From NCBI GenBank assembly GCA_963831685.1, contig CAWHRJ010000007.1, forward strand, positions 310,952 through 374,951: a stretch of 64,000 nt of DNA. The letters run 5' to 3'. Numbering within the stretch: the stretch's first letter is position 1; every line of letters begins with the position of its first letter. Source of the DNA: an uncultured Pseudomonadota bacterium (lineage in GTDB: Bacteria; Myxococcota_A; Polyangia; Fen-1088). This document shows, in pieces, positions 30,017 to 42,354 of the stretch. The position numbers and the translations under genes were made by a program. The notes under the pieces were generated by a model that was given only the letters and a program-made list of their open reading frames with translations, had not been told where the DNA came from and did not search any database.

Positions 30017-31345
30017 TCAATCCGCCGACGAGAACACGACCAGGCCGGCGTCCTGCTCGACAGCGGGCGCGGCGGCCCGCGCGCGCGCCACCGCGGCGGC
30101 CTCCTCGTCGATGCGCGGGAAGGTGTAGAGAACGCGGCCGCGATCGTCGGGCTCGGGGGCGATGTCGCCCCCGAACGCCACCAGCTCCCGGTCGAGGAGG
30201 GCCGCGAGCGCGGGCGTGGGGGCCAGCTCTTCCCGGGGGCGCGGACCGGCGCCGGCGAAGATGCGGCCCAGCAACCGCCGCCGGTCGTTCCGGACACGCC
30301 GCCGCCCCGCCTCGACGCGGGCCCTGATCCAGCGGCCGGCGGGAACCGCAAAGAAGAGCGCGGAGAACGCCAGCGGGAACTCCACCAGCAGGAAGTGCCA
30401 GCTTGCCAGCGAGACGTGCAACCGGGCCTCGAACGCCGGAACGATCCAGAACGGGGCCAGCAGGTTGAAGCCGTTGAAGGCCCCGACCAACGCGTCCGTG
30501 CCCGGCTCGTTGCCGGTCAGCGGCGCCGCCGTCTCGAGCCGCTCGGAAGCCCAGTGGGGGGCGCTCCCCTCGCCGACGCCACCCGCGGTCTTGCGCACCG
30601 CCTTGAAGGTGTAGACCACCACGCCGTCCTCGGTGACCTCCGGCTCGCCGCCGTAGTCGACCATCAAGCGCGTCACCTCCTGCTCGGCGCGCGGGAAGGT
30701 CCAGCCCATGAGGCGCACCAGATCGACGGCGGCGATCCGGCCGCGCTGCGCCCGGATGTAACCGACAATCTGCTTTTCGTCCGCGCGCGGATCGACCGGT
30801 GGCGCGGGAGGTCCGAACACGAAGGCGAATACGCGCTTGTAGAACGGCTCGCGCGGCTCGCGCCGCGCGTAACGGGGCCGCTGCCGGCCGTAGCCGCCCC
30901 CGCCCATGTCAAAGCCCCAGAACCAGAACAGGCCCCCGAGGCCGAAGCCGCCGTCGTCGTCGCGATCGGACGAGCTGCTCCGCGCGAAGATCATCGCCAC
31001 CATCATCGCCATGAAGGCGGCGAAGTAGGCGACCAGCGTGGTCACGATCGCGACCTTGAACAGGACCGTGAACCCCTTCCAGAGCCGGTTTCCGACGGCG
31101 GTCGCCCGCTCCCGCCACGACAGCGCGTCACGGCGCTCGAACGCCGGATCGAACTCGTAGAGCAGCTCGCCGCTCTCGGTGGCGCTGAGGTGGCTCCGGT
31201 ATTCCTTGAGCAACGCGGTCAGCGCCCGCTCCGCCTCGGCCTCGGGCAACCCCGAGGCGACGACGGCGTCCGCGCGGGTGAGCTTGCCGTCGCGCCCGCG
31301 CAGGGCCTCCATCATCACCCGTTCAGTCTTCAGTTCGATGGTCAC
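30017..31345 (-). CDS. Conserved membrane protein resembling the cyanobacterial/plant At5g03900-like family
   Basis: LTRADAVVASGL...SHLSATESGELLYEF...TM...SSSDRDD...FAFVFG...YIRAQRG...YGGEPEVTEDGVVVYTF; the similarity is recalled, not searched. Confidence 0.6.
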   Translation of the reverse strand: MTIELKTERVMMEALRGRDGKLTRADAVVASGLPEAEAERALTALLKEYRSHLSATESGELLYEFDPAFERRDALSWRERATAVGNRLWKGFTVLFKVAIVTTLVAYFAAFMAMMVAMIFARSSSSDRDDDGGFGLGGLFWFWGFDMGGGGYGRQRPRYARREPREPFYKRVFAFVFGPPAPPVDPRADEKQIVGYIRAQRGRIAAVDLVRLMGWTFPRAEQEVTRLMVDYGGEPEVTEDGVVVYTFKAVRKTAGGVGEGSAPHWASERLETAAPLTGNEPGTDALVGAFNGFNLLAPFWIVPAFEARLHVSLASWHFLLVEFPLAFSALFFAVPAGRWIRARVEAGRRRVRNDRRRLLGRIFAGAGPRPREELAPTPALAALLDRELVAFGGDIAPEPDDRGRVLYTFPRIDEEAAAVARARAAAPAVEQDAGLVVFSSAD

Positions 31346-31484
31346 GGTGGTCCACCACCATACGATCTTAAGTGACCGGTTTCTCGTGTGGCGGGATTCT
31401 CGTGCGCCTGGATGGGGTCGACCCCTGACCGACAGCTCGGGCGCGCCGGCTCAACATCGCGGGCGTCCATGTTATCGTCGCGGC

Positions 31485-32103
31485 ATGACGAAAGCACAAG
31501 GCCAGGTTTTTCTGGGCGGGCGTCGCGGTCGCCCTGGGCTTGATCGTCGCCGCGGTTGCGGGCTGCGGGAGTAGCTCGTCGAAGGCAGCGGGCACCGAAG
31601 GTGGACCGTGCTTCACCAACGGCACTTGCAACGCGACGCTGAGTTGCTTTTCAAACGTGTGCGTCAACACGAGCACGGGCGGTGGGGGCGCGGGGGGCCA
31701 GAGCGGCGCCGCCGGCTCGACGGGCGGGGGGCACGAGGCGCCGCCGGTCGGCGGGGCCGGCCGGTCGACGGCGCCGCCGGTGCGGCGGGGCGGCCGGTCG
31801 ACCGGGCGCCGCCGGTGCGAATGGGACTGCCGGAGCGGCGGGTTCGGCGGCCGGCGGGCACGCCGGTGGTGGTGGCGGGACCGACGCGGGAACCGGATGG
31901 ACCGTTCTGCGGGCCTTCCCCGGCTACAACCCGGACTGCGCAGAGCTGCTGTTGCGCGGAGTTCGCTGCCTGCGCGAACGACAGCACGTGCAAGGTCTGT
32001 AGGACCGGGGGCAGCTCGTCGGCCTGTTCGTCCAACGCGCCTTACGCGGCTCTCGCGACGTGCCAGACGATCGGCGCTCCGCGAGCTGTGCAGCCAGCAA
32101 TAG
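31485..32103 (+). CDS. Small Cys/Gly-rich secreted lipoprotein; frame breaks
   Basis: VAGC lipobox, GTEGGPCFTNGTCNATLSCFSNVC, Gly-rich linker, CAQSCCCAEFAACANDSTC. The end is uncertain. Confidence 0.5.
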
Positions 32104-32167
32104 CTCGTGGCCGCGTGAAGCCGGACAGCGGATCTAGCCCGGCGCCGCCGTTCGATAAAACGGGACC

Positions 32168-32918
32168 TCACGCCGGGTCGAGCTCTGGGTAGCTGCCGGA
32201 AGAGGCCGTGCTCGTTGAAGGCGATCCGACGCGGGGAGGCGAGGTACGCGGCGACGGCCGGCGCTGCGGCGACGCGCTGGCGGAGCGCGACCAGACACGG
32301 AAGCGCGCCCGCCGCCCGCGACAGCGCGTGGGGGAAGGCGTAGTCGAGCCCCGACATGATCTGAAACAGGGAGAGATCGACGTACGACAGCGCGGCGCCC
32401 ACCGCGTGGCGGCCGCCGCCGGCGCCGTTCTGCTGCAGCACCCGCTCGAAGTATCCCAGGTACTTGGGGATGCGGTTCTTGGTGAACAGCTCCGCCCGCC
32501 GCGCGGCCTCCGGTTTTTGATCGTGGTAGTAGAGGCTCGCGGCGATGGGGTGATGCACGTCGTGCACTTCCAGCACGAAGTCGGCGATCGTCAGCTGCAG
32601 GTGGTTGGCTTGCAGGCGAGACGCCTCGTCTTCCGGAACCAGGCCCAGGCGCGGCCCGAGGTATTGCAGGATGGCCGCGCTCTGCGACAGCGTCACGGCG
32701 CCGTGGCGCAGGATCGGCGGCGCGAAGAAGGGTCCGCCGCCGGACGTCTCGGCGAGCATGGCGGTGAGCGCCTTGACGCCGCCCCCTTCGTCCGCCGGCC
32801 GTCGCGCGACGTCCACGTAGGGCGCCCCCGCCGCCTCCAGGGCCAGACGCACGAACTCGCCGCGTCCCTGGATCGAAGGCCAATAGTAGAGCTCGTAGGT
32901 CGCGCCCGTCTCCGCCAT
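32168..32918 (-). CDS. Glutathione S-transferase; one frame break near the 3' end
   Basis: YELYYWPSIQGRGEFVRLALE...FAPP...SQSAAILQYL...SYVDLSLFQ; removing one base near 32192 restores YPELDPA-stop. Confidence 0.92.
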
Positions 32919-32980
32919 GCGCGGCACTATAGCGCGCGGAATCGCCGCGCACGGTCGCGGAGTCGGTCCATGATGTCCCC

Positions 32981-33766
32981 ATGCTGCTGGCCGAGGACGA
33001 AGCTGCTCCGTTCGAGGTGCAGGGGGGCGACGGACGCTCGCCGGTCTTCATCATCTGCGATCACGCGGGGCGATTGATTCCGCGCTCGCTGAGCTCCCTC
33101 GGATTGACCGAGGACCAGCTCGGCGGCCACATCGGGTGGGACATCGGCGCGGCCGGCGTCGCGCGTCGCCTCGGGGCGGCGCTGGGCGCCCACACCGTGT
33201 GGCAGCGGTACTCGCGCCTGGTCATCGACTGCAACCGCCCGCTGGAGGCGGCGGACTCCATCACGCCGCGCAGCGAACGAACCGTGATCCCGGGGAACCA
33301 GAGCGTGGGCCGGCAGGCCGCGGAGGAGCGCGCGCGGGAGATCTTCCACCCTTATCACCAGGAGATCCGAACGGCCCTCGCCGAGCGGCAAGCGGCGGGG
33401 CGCCCGACGGTCCTGGTGGCGATGCACAGCTTCACACCCCTCTACCTGGGCCGCGCGCGTCCCTGGCACGTCGGCGTGCTTTACAACCGCGATTCGCGGG
33501 TGGCCGGGCCGCTCCTGCGGGCGCTCCGCGAGGAAGGCGATCTGGTCGTCGGCGACAACGAGCCCTACGCCGTCGGCGATCTGACCGACTATTCGATCGT
33601 CCATCACGGCGAGCGCCGCGGGATCCCGCACGTCGAGATCGAGATTCGGCAGGACCTGATTACGGACGAACAGGGACAGCGGGCGTGGGCCGAACGATTC
33701 GCGCGGCTGCTCCCTCTCGTCGTTCCGCAAGTGCCACACTCGCCACCATCGCCACCACCGAGATGA
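32981..33766 (+). CDS. N-formylglutamate amidohydrolase
   Basis: CDHAG...HIGWDIGA...YSRLVIDCNR...YH...MHSFTP...GDNEPY...HGE...EIEIRQDLI. Confidence 0.92.
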   Translation: MLLAEDEAAPFEVQGGDGRSPVFIICDHAGRLIPRSLSSLGLTEDQLGGHIGWDIGAAGVARRLGAALGAHTVWQRYSRLVIDCNRPLEAADSITPRSERTVIPGNQSVGRQAAEERAREIFHPYHQEIRTALAERQAAGRPTVLVAMHSFTPLYLGRARPWHVGVLYNRDSRVAGPLLRALREEGDLVVGDNEPYAVGDLTDYSIVHHGERRGIPHVEIEIRQDLITDEQGQRAWAERFARLLPLVVPQVPHSPPSPPPR

Positions 33767-33774
33767 GGGGACCC

Positions 33775-34584
33775 ATGCAGATCCGTGTCGGTTACGAGCT
33801 CAACTACGAATTCCCGCAGCCCACGCCGATCATCTTGACCCTCAACGTCCACTACAGCCGGGTCTCGGATCTCGCGCAGCCGGACCAGATGAGGACGACG
33901 CCGGCGGTCCCCACCGCCGCCTACCGGGACGGGTTTGGAAACTGGTGTACGCGGTTGGTCGCTCCCGCCGGGCGTTTCTGCGTGACCAGCGACGCGACCG
34001 TCAACGACACGGGCGCGCGGGAGCCGGTCGTCCCGACGGCGATCCAGCACCTCGTCCAGCAGCTGCCGGAAGAGACGCTGGTCCACCTGCTCGGAAGCCG
34101 TTACTGCGAGACCGACAAGATGTCCCAGTTCGCCTGGGACCGGTTTTCCAGCGCCCCGCTCGGCTGGGGGCGGGTGCAGGCGATCTGCGACTTCGTTCAC
34201 CAGCACATTACGTTCGGCTACCAGTTCGCCAGCCCCACCAAGACCGCCTGGGAGGTCTTCAACGACCGAAAGGGCGTCTGCCGCGACTTCGCCCACCTGG
34301 CGATCACGCTCTGCCGCTGCCTGAACATTCCCGCGCGCTACTGCACCGGGTATCTGGGTGACATCGGCGTTCCCAAGGACCCCGCCCCGATGGACTTCGC
34401 GGGTTGGTTCGAGGCCTACCTCGGGTCCGCCTGGTACACGTTCGATCCGCGCAACAACGCCCCGCGCATCGGGCGGATCCTCATCGCGCGCGGCCGGGAC
34501 GCCGCCGATGTCGCGATCGCGACCACCTTCGGGCCCAATACGCTGAAGAGCTTTCGGGTCTGGACCGACGAGGTGACCGCCTGA
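33775..34584 (+). CDS. Transglutaminase-like family protein
   Basis: YRDGFGNWCTR, LLGSRYCETD, GVCRDFAHLAITLCRCLNIPARYCTGYLGD, MDFAGWFE, FDPRNN, GRDAADV. Confidence 0.92.
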   Translation: MQIRVGYELNYEFPQPTPIILTLNVHYSRVSDLAQPDQMRTTPAVPTAAYRDGFGNWCTRLVAPAGRFCVTSDATVNDTGAREPVVPTAIQHLVQQLPEETLVHLLGSRYCETDKMSQFAWDRFSSAPLGWGRVQAICDFVHQHITFGYQFASPTKTAWEVFNDRKGVCRDFAHLAITLCRCLNIPARYCTGYLGDIGVPKDPAPMDFAGWFEAYLGSAWYTFDPRNNAPRIGRILIARGRDAADVAIATTFGPNTLKSFRVWTDEVTA

Positions 34585-34635
34585 CCGCCGCCGCGCCGCT
34601 AGAACTACCTCCGCGCCGATGTTAGGGTCGCGGCG

Positions 34636-36285
34636 TTGCGGCCGCCGCTCCCTCTCCGATGGATGCTCTGCCTGGGGCTCCTGGCCGCGGCCGCGAGCCC
34701 GGGCGCGCGCGCCAAGTCGCCCGAGCCCGAGCCGACGGCCTCGCCGGCGCCCAACCCGCAGCCGCCGCCCGCGACGGAGACCGAGGCGGCAACCACTGGA
34801 AGAGTCGGCCCGCGCCCGCTGATGGGGCTGACGCCGCGGGCAGCGGCCTCGCCCGATCTCCCCAAACCGCCGCGCGATCCGGCCCAGCGGCGCGCCTGGC
34901 TGGGCGCCCAGCTCGACGCCCTGTTCAGGACCCCCGCGCTGGCCAAGGCCAAGGTCTCGGCGATAGTCGTCGAGGCTGACAGCGGCAAGACGCTCTACGC
35001 GCACGACGACAAGACGCCGCTGAACGCCGCGTCGAACGTCAAGATCGTCACCTCCGCCGCATCGCTGTCGCTGCTCGGCCCCGAGTATCGCTGGCGGACG
35101 ACCCTGTCGGTGAACGGCCCGCCCGGCGGGCCGCCGCTCCCCGCCGGCGGCGAGGTGAGCAGCGATCTCTACTTGCGCGGCTCCGGCGATCCGACGCTGT
35201 CGACCGAGGATCTGGCGGCGATGGTCAGCGATCTGGCGTCGCTGGGCCTGCACAAGGTGCGCGGGTCATTGGTCGTGGATGACACCCTGTTCGACGGCGG
35301 CTACGTCCCGCCCGCCTACGATCAGAAGAATGATTCGACCGCCTCGCGCGCGCCGTCGTCGGCGGCGTCGCTCGACGGCAACGTCGTCGCCGTCACCGTC
35401 ATCCCGGGCGCCGCGGCCGGCGCCCCCGCGCGCATCGTCGTCGATCCGGCCTCGCCCTACTTCGTGGTTGCCGGGCGGGTGATCACCGCCGCCAGCGGCC
35501 CGGCGGCCCCTGCCGTCGACACCAAGGAAGAAGGGAACAAGACGCGCGTCAACGTGGCCGGGCGGATCAAGCTGGGGGCCGATCCGCGCACGATCTACCG
35601 GCGGGTCGCGCATCCGTCCTTGTTCCTGGGGCAGACGCTGCGCCAGCTGCTCGAGCGGCGTGGGATCTCGGTCGGCAACGTGCGCGTCGGGGCCGCGCCC
35701 GCGCAAGGGCTGCGCGTGATCGCCACCCACGACTCGGCGCCGCTGGCGGTGGTGGTCCAGGATCTCAACAAGCGGTCCAACAACTTCGCCGCCGAGCAGC
35801 TGCTGCGCACGCTGGGCGCCGAGATCGGCGGTCATCCCGGAAACTGGGACAAGGGGCTCAAGGCGGTGGCGCGCTACCTCGCCGGCATCGGCATCAAGGC
35901 CGACAGCTATCAGATGAAGAACGGCTCGGGTCTCTATGACTCGAATCGCTTCTCGGCGGCGCAGATCGCCACCATCTTGCGCGCGGCGGCGCACGACTTC
36001 CGCATCTCCGCCGAGTTCCTGGCCTCGCTGGCGGTGGCCGGCACGGACGGGACGATCGCCCATCGCATGGGGGCCACGCTGGCAGAGCGTTACGTCCGCG
36101 CCAAGACCGGCACGCTGGCCAACGTCAGCTGTCTGTCAGGATTCGCCGGCTCGCCGGGACACCTGCCGCTCGTGTTCTCCATCCTCGTCAACGAGGTGGG
36201 AAACCCGAACGACGCGCGCCACGCGCAGGATCGCGCCGCGGAGATCCTGGTCGCCTACTTGGAAGGCGACGCGCTCGCGAAGTAG
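34636..36285 (+). CDS. dacB: D-alanyl-D-alanine carboxypeptidase/endopeptidase (PBP4, peptidase S13)
   Basis: ASNVK (SxxK), GSGDPTL, SNN, NGSGL, KTGTL motifs. Confidence 0.93.
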   Translation: MRPPLPLRWMLCLGLLAAAASPGARAKSPEPEPTASPAPNPQPPPATETEAATTGRVGPRPLMGLTPRAAASPDLPKPPRDPAQRRAWLGAQLDALFRTPALAKAKVSAIVVEADSGKTLYAHDDKTPLNAASNVKIVTSAASLSLLGPEYRWRTTLSVNGPPGGPPLPAGGEVSSDLYLRGSGDPTLSTEDLAAMVSDLASLGLHKVRGSLVVDDTLFDGGYVPPAYDQKNDSTASRAPSSAASLDGNVVAVTVIPGAAAGAPARIVVDPASPYFVVAGRVITAASGPAAPAVDTKEEGNKTRVNVAGRIKLGADPRTIYRRVAHPSLFLGQTLRQLLERRGISVGNVRVGAAPAQGLRVIATHDSAPLAVVVQDLNKRSNNFAAEQLLRTLGAEIGGHPGNWDKGLKAVARYLAGIGIKADSYQMKNGSGLYDSNRFSAAQIATILRAAAHDFRISAEFLASLAVAGTDGTIAHRMGATLAERYVRAKTGTLANVSCLSGFAGSPGHLPLVFSILVNEVGNPNDARHAQDRAAEILVAYLEGDALAK

Positions 36286-36488
36286 CCGGCCATGCGCGCC
36301 GGCCGGCGTTCCGACGAATCGGACCATCCTTGGTCCGGCCCACCTTGCCCACTCTGCCCACCTTGCCGGTCGCGGAGCAGCTTGGTGCGCTCTTCCGGCG
36401 CCAGCTTCTCCCATCCACGACCCCCGGCCCCCTCGTCCATCGCATCCATCCAATCGATCGAACGCGGACTGATGTGACGCAGCTGCAT
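36255..36488 (-). CDS. Possible small hypothetical protein
   Basis: A GGAGGG Shine-Dalgarno precedes ATG 36488; the 77-aa ORF converges on dacB and overlaps its end by 31 nt. Confidence 0.35.
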   Translation of the reverse strand: MQLRHISPRSIDWMDAMDEGAGGRGWEKLAPEERTKLLRDRQGGQSGQGGPDQGWSDSSERRPARMAGYFASASPSK

Positions 36489-36874
36489 CTTGCCCTCCCC
36501 GGTGATGCTCACCCTCTCTAACTCGGATTCTAGCGAAAAAAATTCCCGGGGATTGATCGATCGAGCATCAGTTGAAAATACCGACCAACCCCGACCGGGC
36601 GCGGAAGCGGCGCCCCCCGCCGTTCCGCGCCCGGTCTCTCGTTTCCCGTTCTCGTCCCTCTCACGGAACAGTCTACGAGATGAATGTTTCCGGAACCTTT
36701 CGGCGCGACGCTTTGTTCGTTACTTCGCAACGTCGCGCGGCGCTTCGGGCTCGAGGGGTCGAGCTATTTAGGTGACGGCTTTTTCGCCGCCCGCGCCGCC
36801 CCCGCGCGGCTCGGCGGCGCGCGGGGCGCCTCGCTTGAATTCGCGCGACGTTTCTTCCAGGATGTCGCGGCCCC

Positions 36875-37977
36875 ATGCAGCGCACACCGCTTTACGATGC
36901 CCACCTTCGCCTGGGCGCGAAGATGGTCGACTTCGGCGGCTGGGCGATGCCGGTCAGCTACCCCGGCGGCATCCTCGACGAGCACCGGGCCACCCGCGAG
37001 GCGGTCGGTGTGTTCGACGTCTGCCACATGGGGGAGATCCACTTCCGGGGCAGCCGCGCCGCCGAGGCGGTCCAGCGGCTCGTGACGAACGACGTCGGGA
37101 CGCTCACCGACGGGCGGGCGCTCTACACGGTCGCCTGCCTGCCGACCGGCGGCATCGTCGACGACCTCATCGTCTACCGGATCGCCGCCGACCACTACCT
37201 GGTCGTGGTCAACGCGTCGACGCTGGAGAAGGACCGCGCCTGGTTCTTCGAGCACGTCGTCCGCTGGTGCGACGTGGTCGACGCCTCGGCGGAGACGGGG
37301 CTCATCGCCTTCCAGGGCCCGGGGGCCAAGCACGCGCTGCAGCCGCTCACCAAGCTGCCGCTCGGCGAGCTCGGGCGGTTCGCCTTGTCGAAAGCTGCGA
37401 GATCGCCGGTGTGCGCGCGTCGATCGCCCGCACCGGTTACACCGGCGAGGACGGGTTCGAGATCTTCTGCGCCGCCAAGGACGCACCCGCGCTCTGGGAC
37501 CGGCTGGTCGAGGCGGCGGCCGCGATCGGCGGCAAGCCGGTCGGGCTCGGCGCGCGCGACACGCTCCGGCTCGAGGCGCGGCTGCCGCTCTACGGCAACG
37601 ACCTCGACGAGACGACGACGCCGCTCGAGGCCGGGCTCGGCTGGGTCGTCAAGCTCGACGGCGCCGACTTCATCGGCCGGGCGACGCTCCTGGCCCAGCA
37701 GCAGAGCGGCATCACCCGCAAGCTCGTGCGGCTTCGTCATGACCGGCCGCGGGATCGCCCGCCACGGCTATGCCAATCTTCGAGGCGGACGGCGCCGAGG
37801 CGGTGGGCGAGATCACCTCCGGCGGCCCGGCGCCGACCGTCGAGAAGAACATCGGCATCGGCTACGTGCCGGCGGCGCTGGCCGGGGCCGGCACCCGCAT
37901 CTCGGTCGACTGCCGCGGCAAGCGCGTCGAGGCCGAGATCGTCACTGGTCCTTTCTACAAGCGAGGGAAGAGCATGA
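36875..37977 (+). CDS. gcvT: Glycine cleavage system T protein; frame breaks near 37390 and 37730-37770
   Basis: RTPLYDAH...[13 protein letters not shown]...FDVCHMG; [11 protein letters not shown]; [12 protein letters not shown]; PFYKR. Confidence 0.95.
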
Positions 37978-38384
37978 GCGCGCAGCGATACCCGGACGAC
38001 CTGCTCTACACGAAGGACCACGAGTGGGCGCGCCTGGAGGACCGCGACGGCCAGAAGTTCGCGACCATCGGCGTCACCCGGTTCGCCGTCGATCAGCTCG
38101 GCGACGTCACGCAGGTCGAGCTACCCAAGGAGGGGGAGACGGTGAAGCAGGCCGAGGTGTTCGGCTCCGTCGAGTCGGTCAAGGCGGTCTCGGATCTGTT
38201 CGCGCCGTTCTCGGGGAAGGTCGTCAAGGTGAACTCGCCGCTCGCCGACTCGCCCGAGTACGTCAACGAGGATCCCTACGACGAGGGGTGGATGATCCAG
38301 ATCGCCGTGGGCGACCCGAAGGAGCTGGACGGCCTGCTCGACGCCGCCGCCTACCAGGCGTTCCTGCGCGAACAGGGGGAGTAG
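37974..38384 (+). CDS. gcvH: Glycine cleavage system H protein
   Basis: YTKDHEW...GVT.FA..QLGDV...VESVKAVSD (lipoyl Lys)...VNEDPY..GW. Confidence 0.96.
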   Translation: MSAQRYPDDLLYTKDHEWARLEDRDGQKFATIGVTRFAVDQLGDVTQVELPKEGETVKQAEVFGSVESVKAVSDLFAPFSGKVVKVNSPLADSPEYVNEDPYDEGWMIQIAVGDPKELDGLLDAAAYQAFLREQGE

Positions 38385-38387
38385 CGG

Positions 38388-41293
<2,906 letters not shown>

Positions 41294-41320
41294 GCCCAGC
41301 TCCGCTCGGTGCTCCTCGGG

Positions 41321-41486
41321 GCGGCTGGGGACGGGTATCGCCTCGGCCTACGCACCTGAAAGGTTGGAATCGTCGAGCGGAACAACAGAGCCGCTCGACT
41401 CAGCTCCGGCCGAAGCGACACCCGTCCCCAGCCGCACGCGCGTTGCACCTCGCTCCGCGAGAGGGACGCCAACGACCTCTCATGCG
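41321..41486. repeat. Multi-hairpin intergenic element between convergent genes
   Basis: 28-bp inverted repeat 41321-41348 / 41408-41435 (2 mismatches) enclosing the stem GTCGAGCGG / CCGCTCGAC; a further stem lies at about 41455-41486. Confidence 0.75.
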
Positions 41487-41515
41487 GAACGAGACGCCGC
41501 TCTACGGTGGGGGGC

Positions 41516-42331
41516 CTACTCGCAGATGAACTTCAGGTCGTCGATGTAGATGTCGTAGGTGGAGCGGGGGATGTTGACCTGGAACTGGACGCCGAAGAGC
41601 TTGGACGGGGTGATGTGCGGCTTGTGGGGCGCGCCCCAGTCGGGCAGCTGCTTCATCTGGCTCCACTTGAAGCTGAACTGCTTCCACTCCGTCGTCAGCA
41701 CCATGTTCGCGCCGAAGTCGTTGAAGCACTCCGTGCAGACCCCGCCCTGCGGGTCGGTGTTCGAGTCGGGGACCTTGAGCCGCACCTTCCCCGTCGACTC
41801 GTTGCTCCCCTTCTTCGCCCAGAACGAGATCCCCGCGTACTTCGAGGCGTCGTAGGCGTCCTTCGGGTCGACGAAGTTCATCCCCATCCCCGAGAACACG
41901 ACCGATCCGGTCCCGATCGTCCCGTGGTACCGCGCCGCGTACTGCGAATCGTGGCCCCCCTCGCTCATCGCGAAGGTGCCCCCCTCTTCGCCCGCGGTCG
42001 GCTCCACCGTCGTCGTCCCCTTGTCCTTGAACGTGTACCAGTACCCGCCACGGTTGTCGTTCGGTAGGTTCTGGTTGTTCCCGTCCTCGCCGTCGTCGAT
42101 GAGCCCGGTCGCCCCGCAGTCCTTCCCGACTTGCACCCCCGGCGCGGCCGGCGCGGCCGCCGCCGCCGTCCCGCCCCCACCGATCGACGCCGCCGACCCG
42201 GGCGCCACGTTCGGCTGAGTCGCCGACTTGTCCGGGATGATGCACCCCAAAAGCAGCATCGCGCCGCCGGCCAGCGCCACCATCGTCTTCGTCGTCTTCG
42301 TCGTCTTCGTCTTCTCGGCTTGGCTCGTCAT
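41516..42331 (-). CDS. Carbohydrate-binding (CBM11/CIA30-like beta-sandwich) lipoprotein
   Basis: Lipobox LLGC; LIDDGEDG...GYWYTF...YDASKYAGISFWAK...C..CFNDFG...W.QF...W...WG...YDIYIDDLKF. Confidence 0.8.
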   Translation of the reverse strand: MTSQAEKTKTTKTTKTMVALAGGAMLLLGCIIPDKSATQPNVAPGSAASIGGGGTAAAAAPAAPGVQVGKDCGATGLIDDGEDGNNQNLPNDNRGGYWYTFKDKGTTTVEPTAGEEGGTFAMSEGGHDSQYAARYHGTIGTGSVVFSGMGMNFVDPKDAYDASKYAGISFWAKKGSNESTGKVRLKVPDSNTDPQGGVCTECFNDFGANMVLTTEWKQFSFKWSQMKQLPDWGAPHKPHITPSKLFGVQFQVNIPRSTYDIYIDDLKFICE

Positions 42332-42354
42332 GTCCGTCCTCGTTTGTCTCTTGG

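Noticed and set aside
36590-36874. Glycine riboswitch upstream of gcvT
   Set aside because: I could not find the GGAGA...CCGAAG...CTCTCAGG aptamer core on the plus strand.
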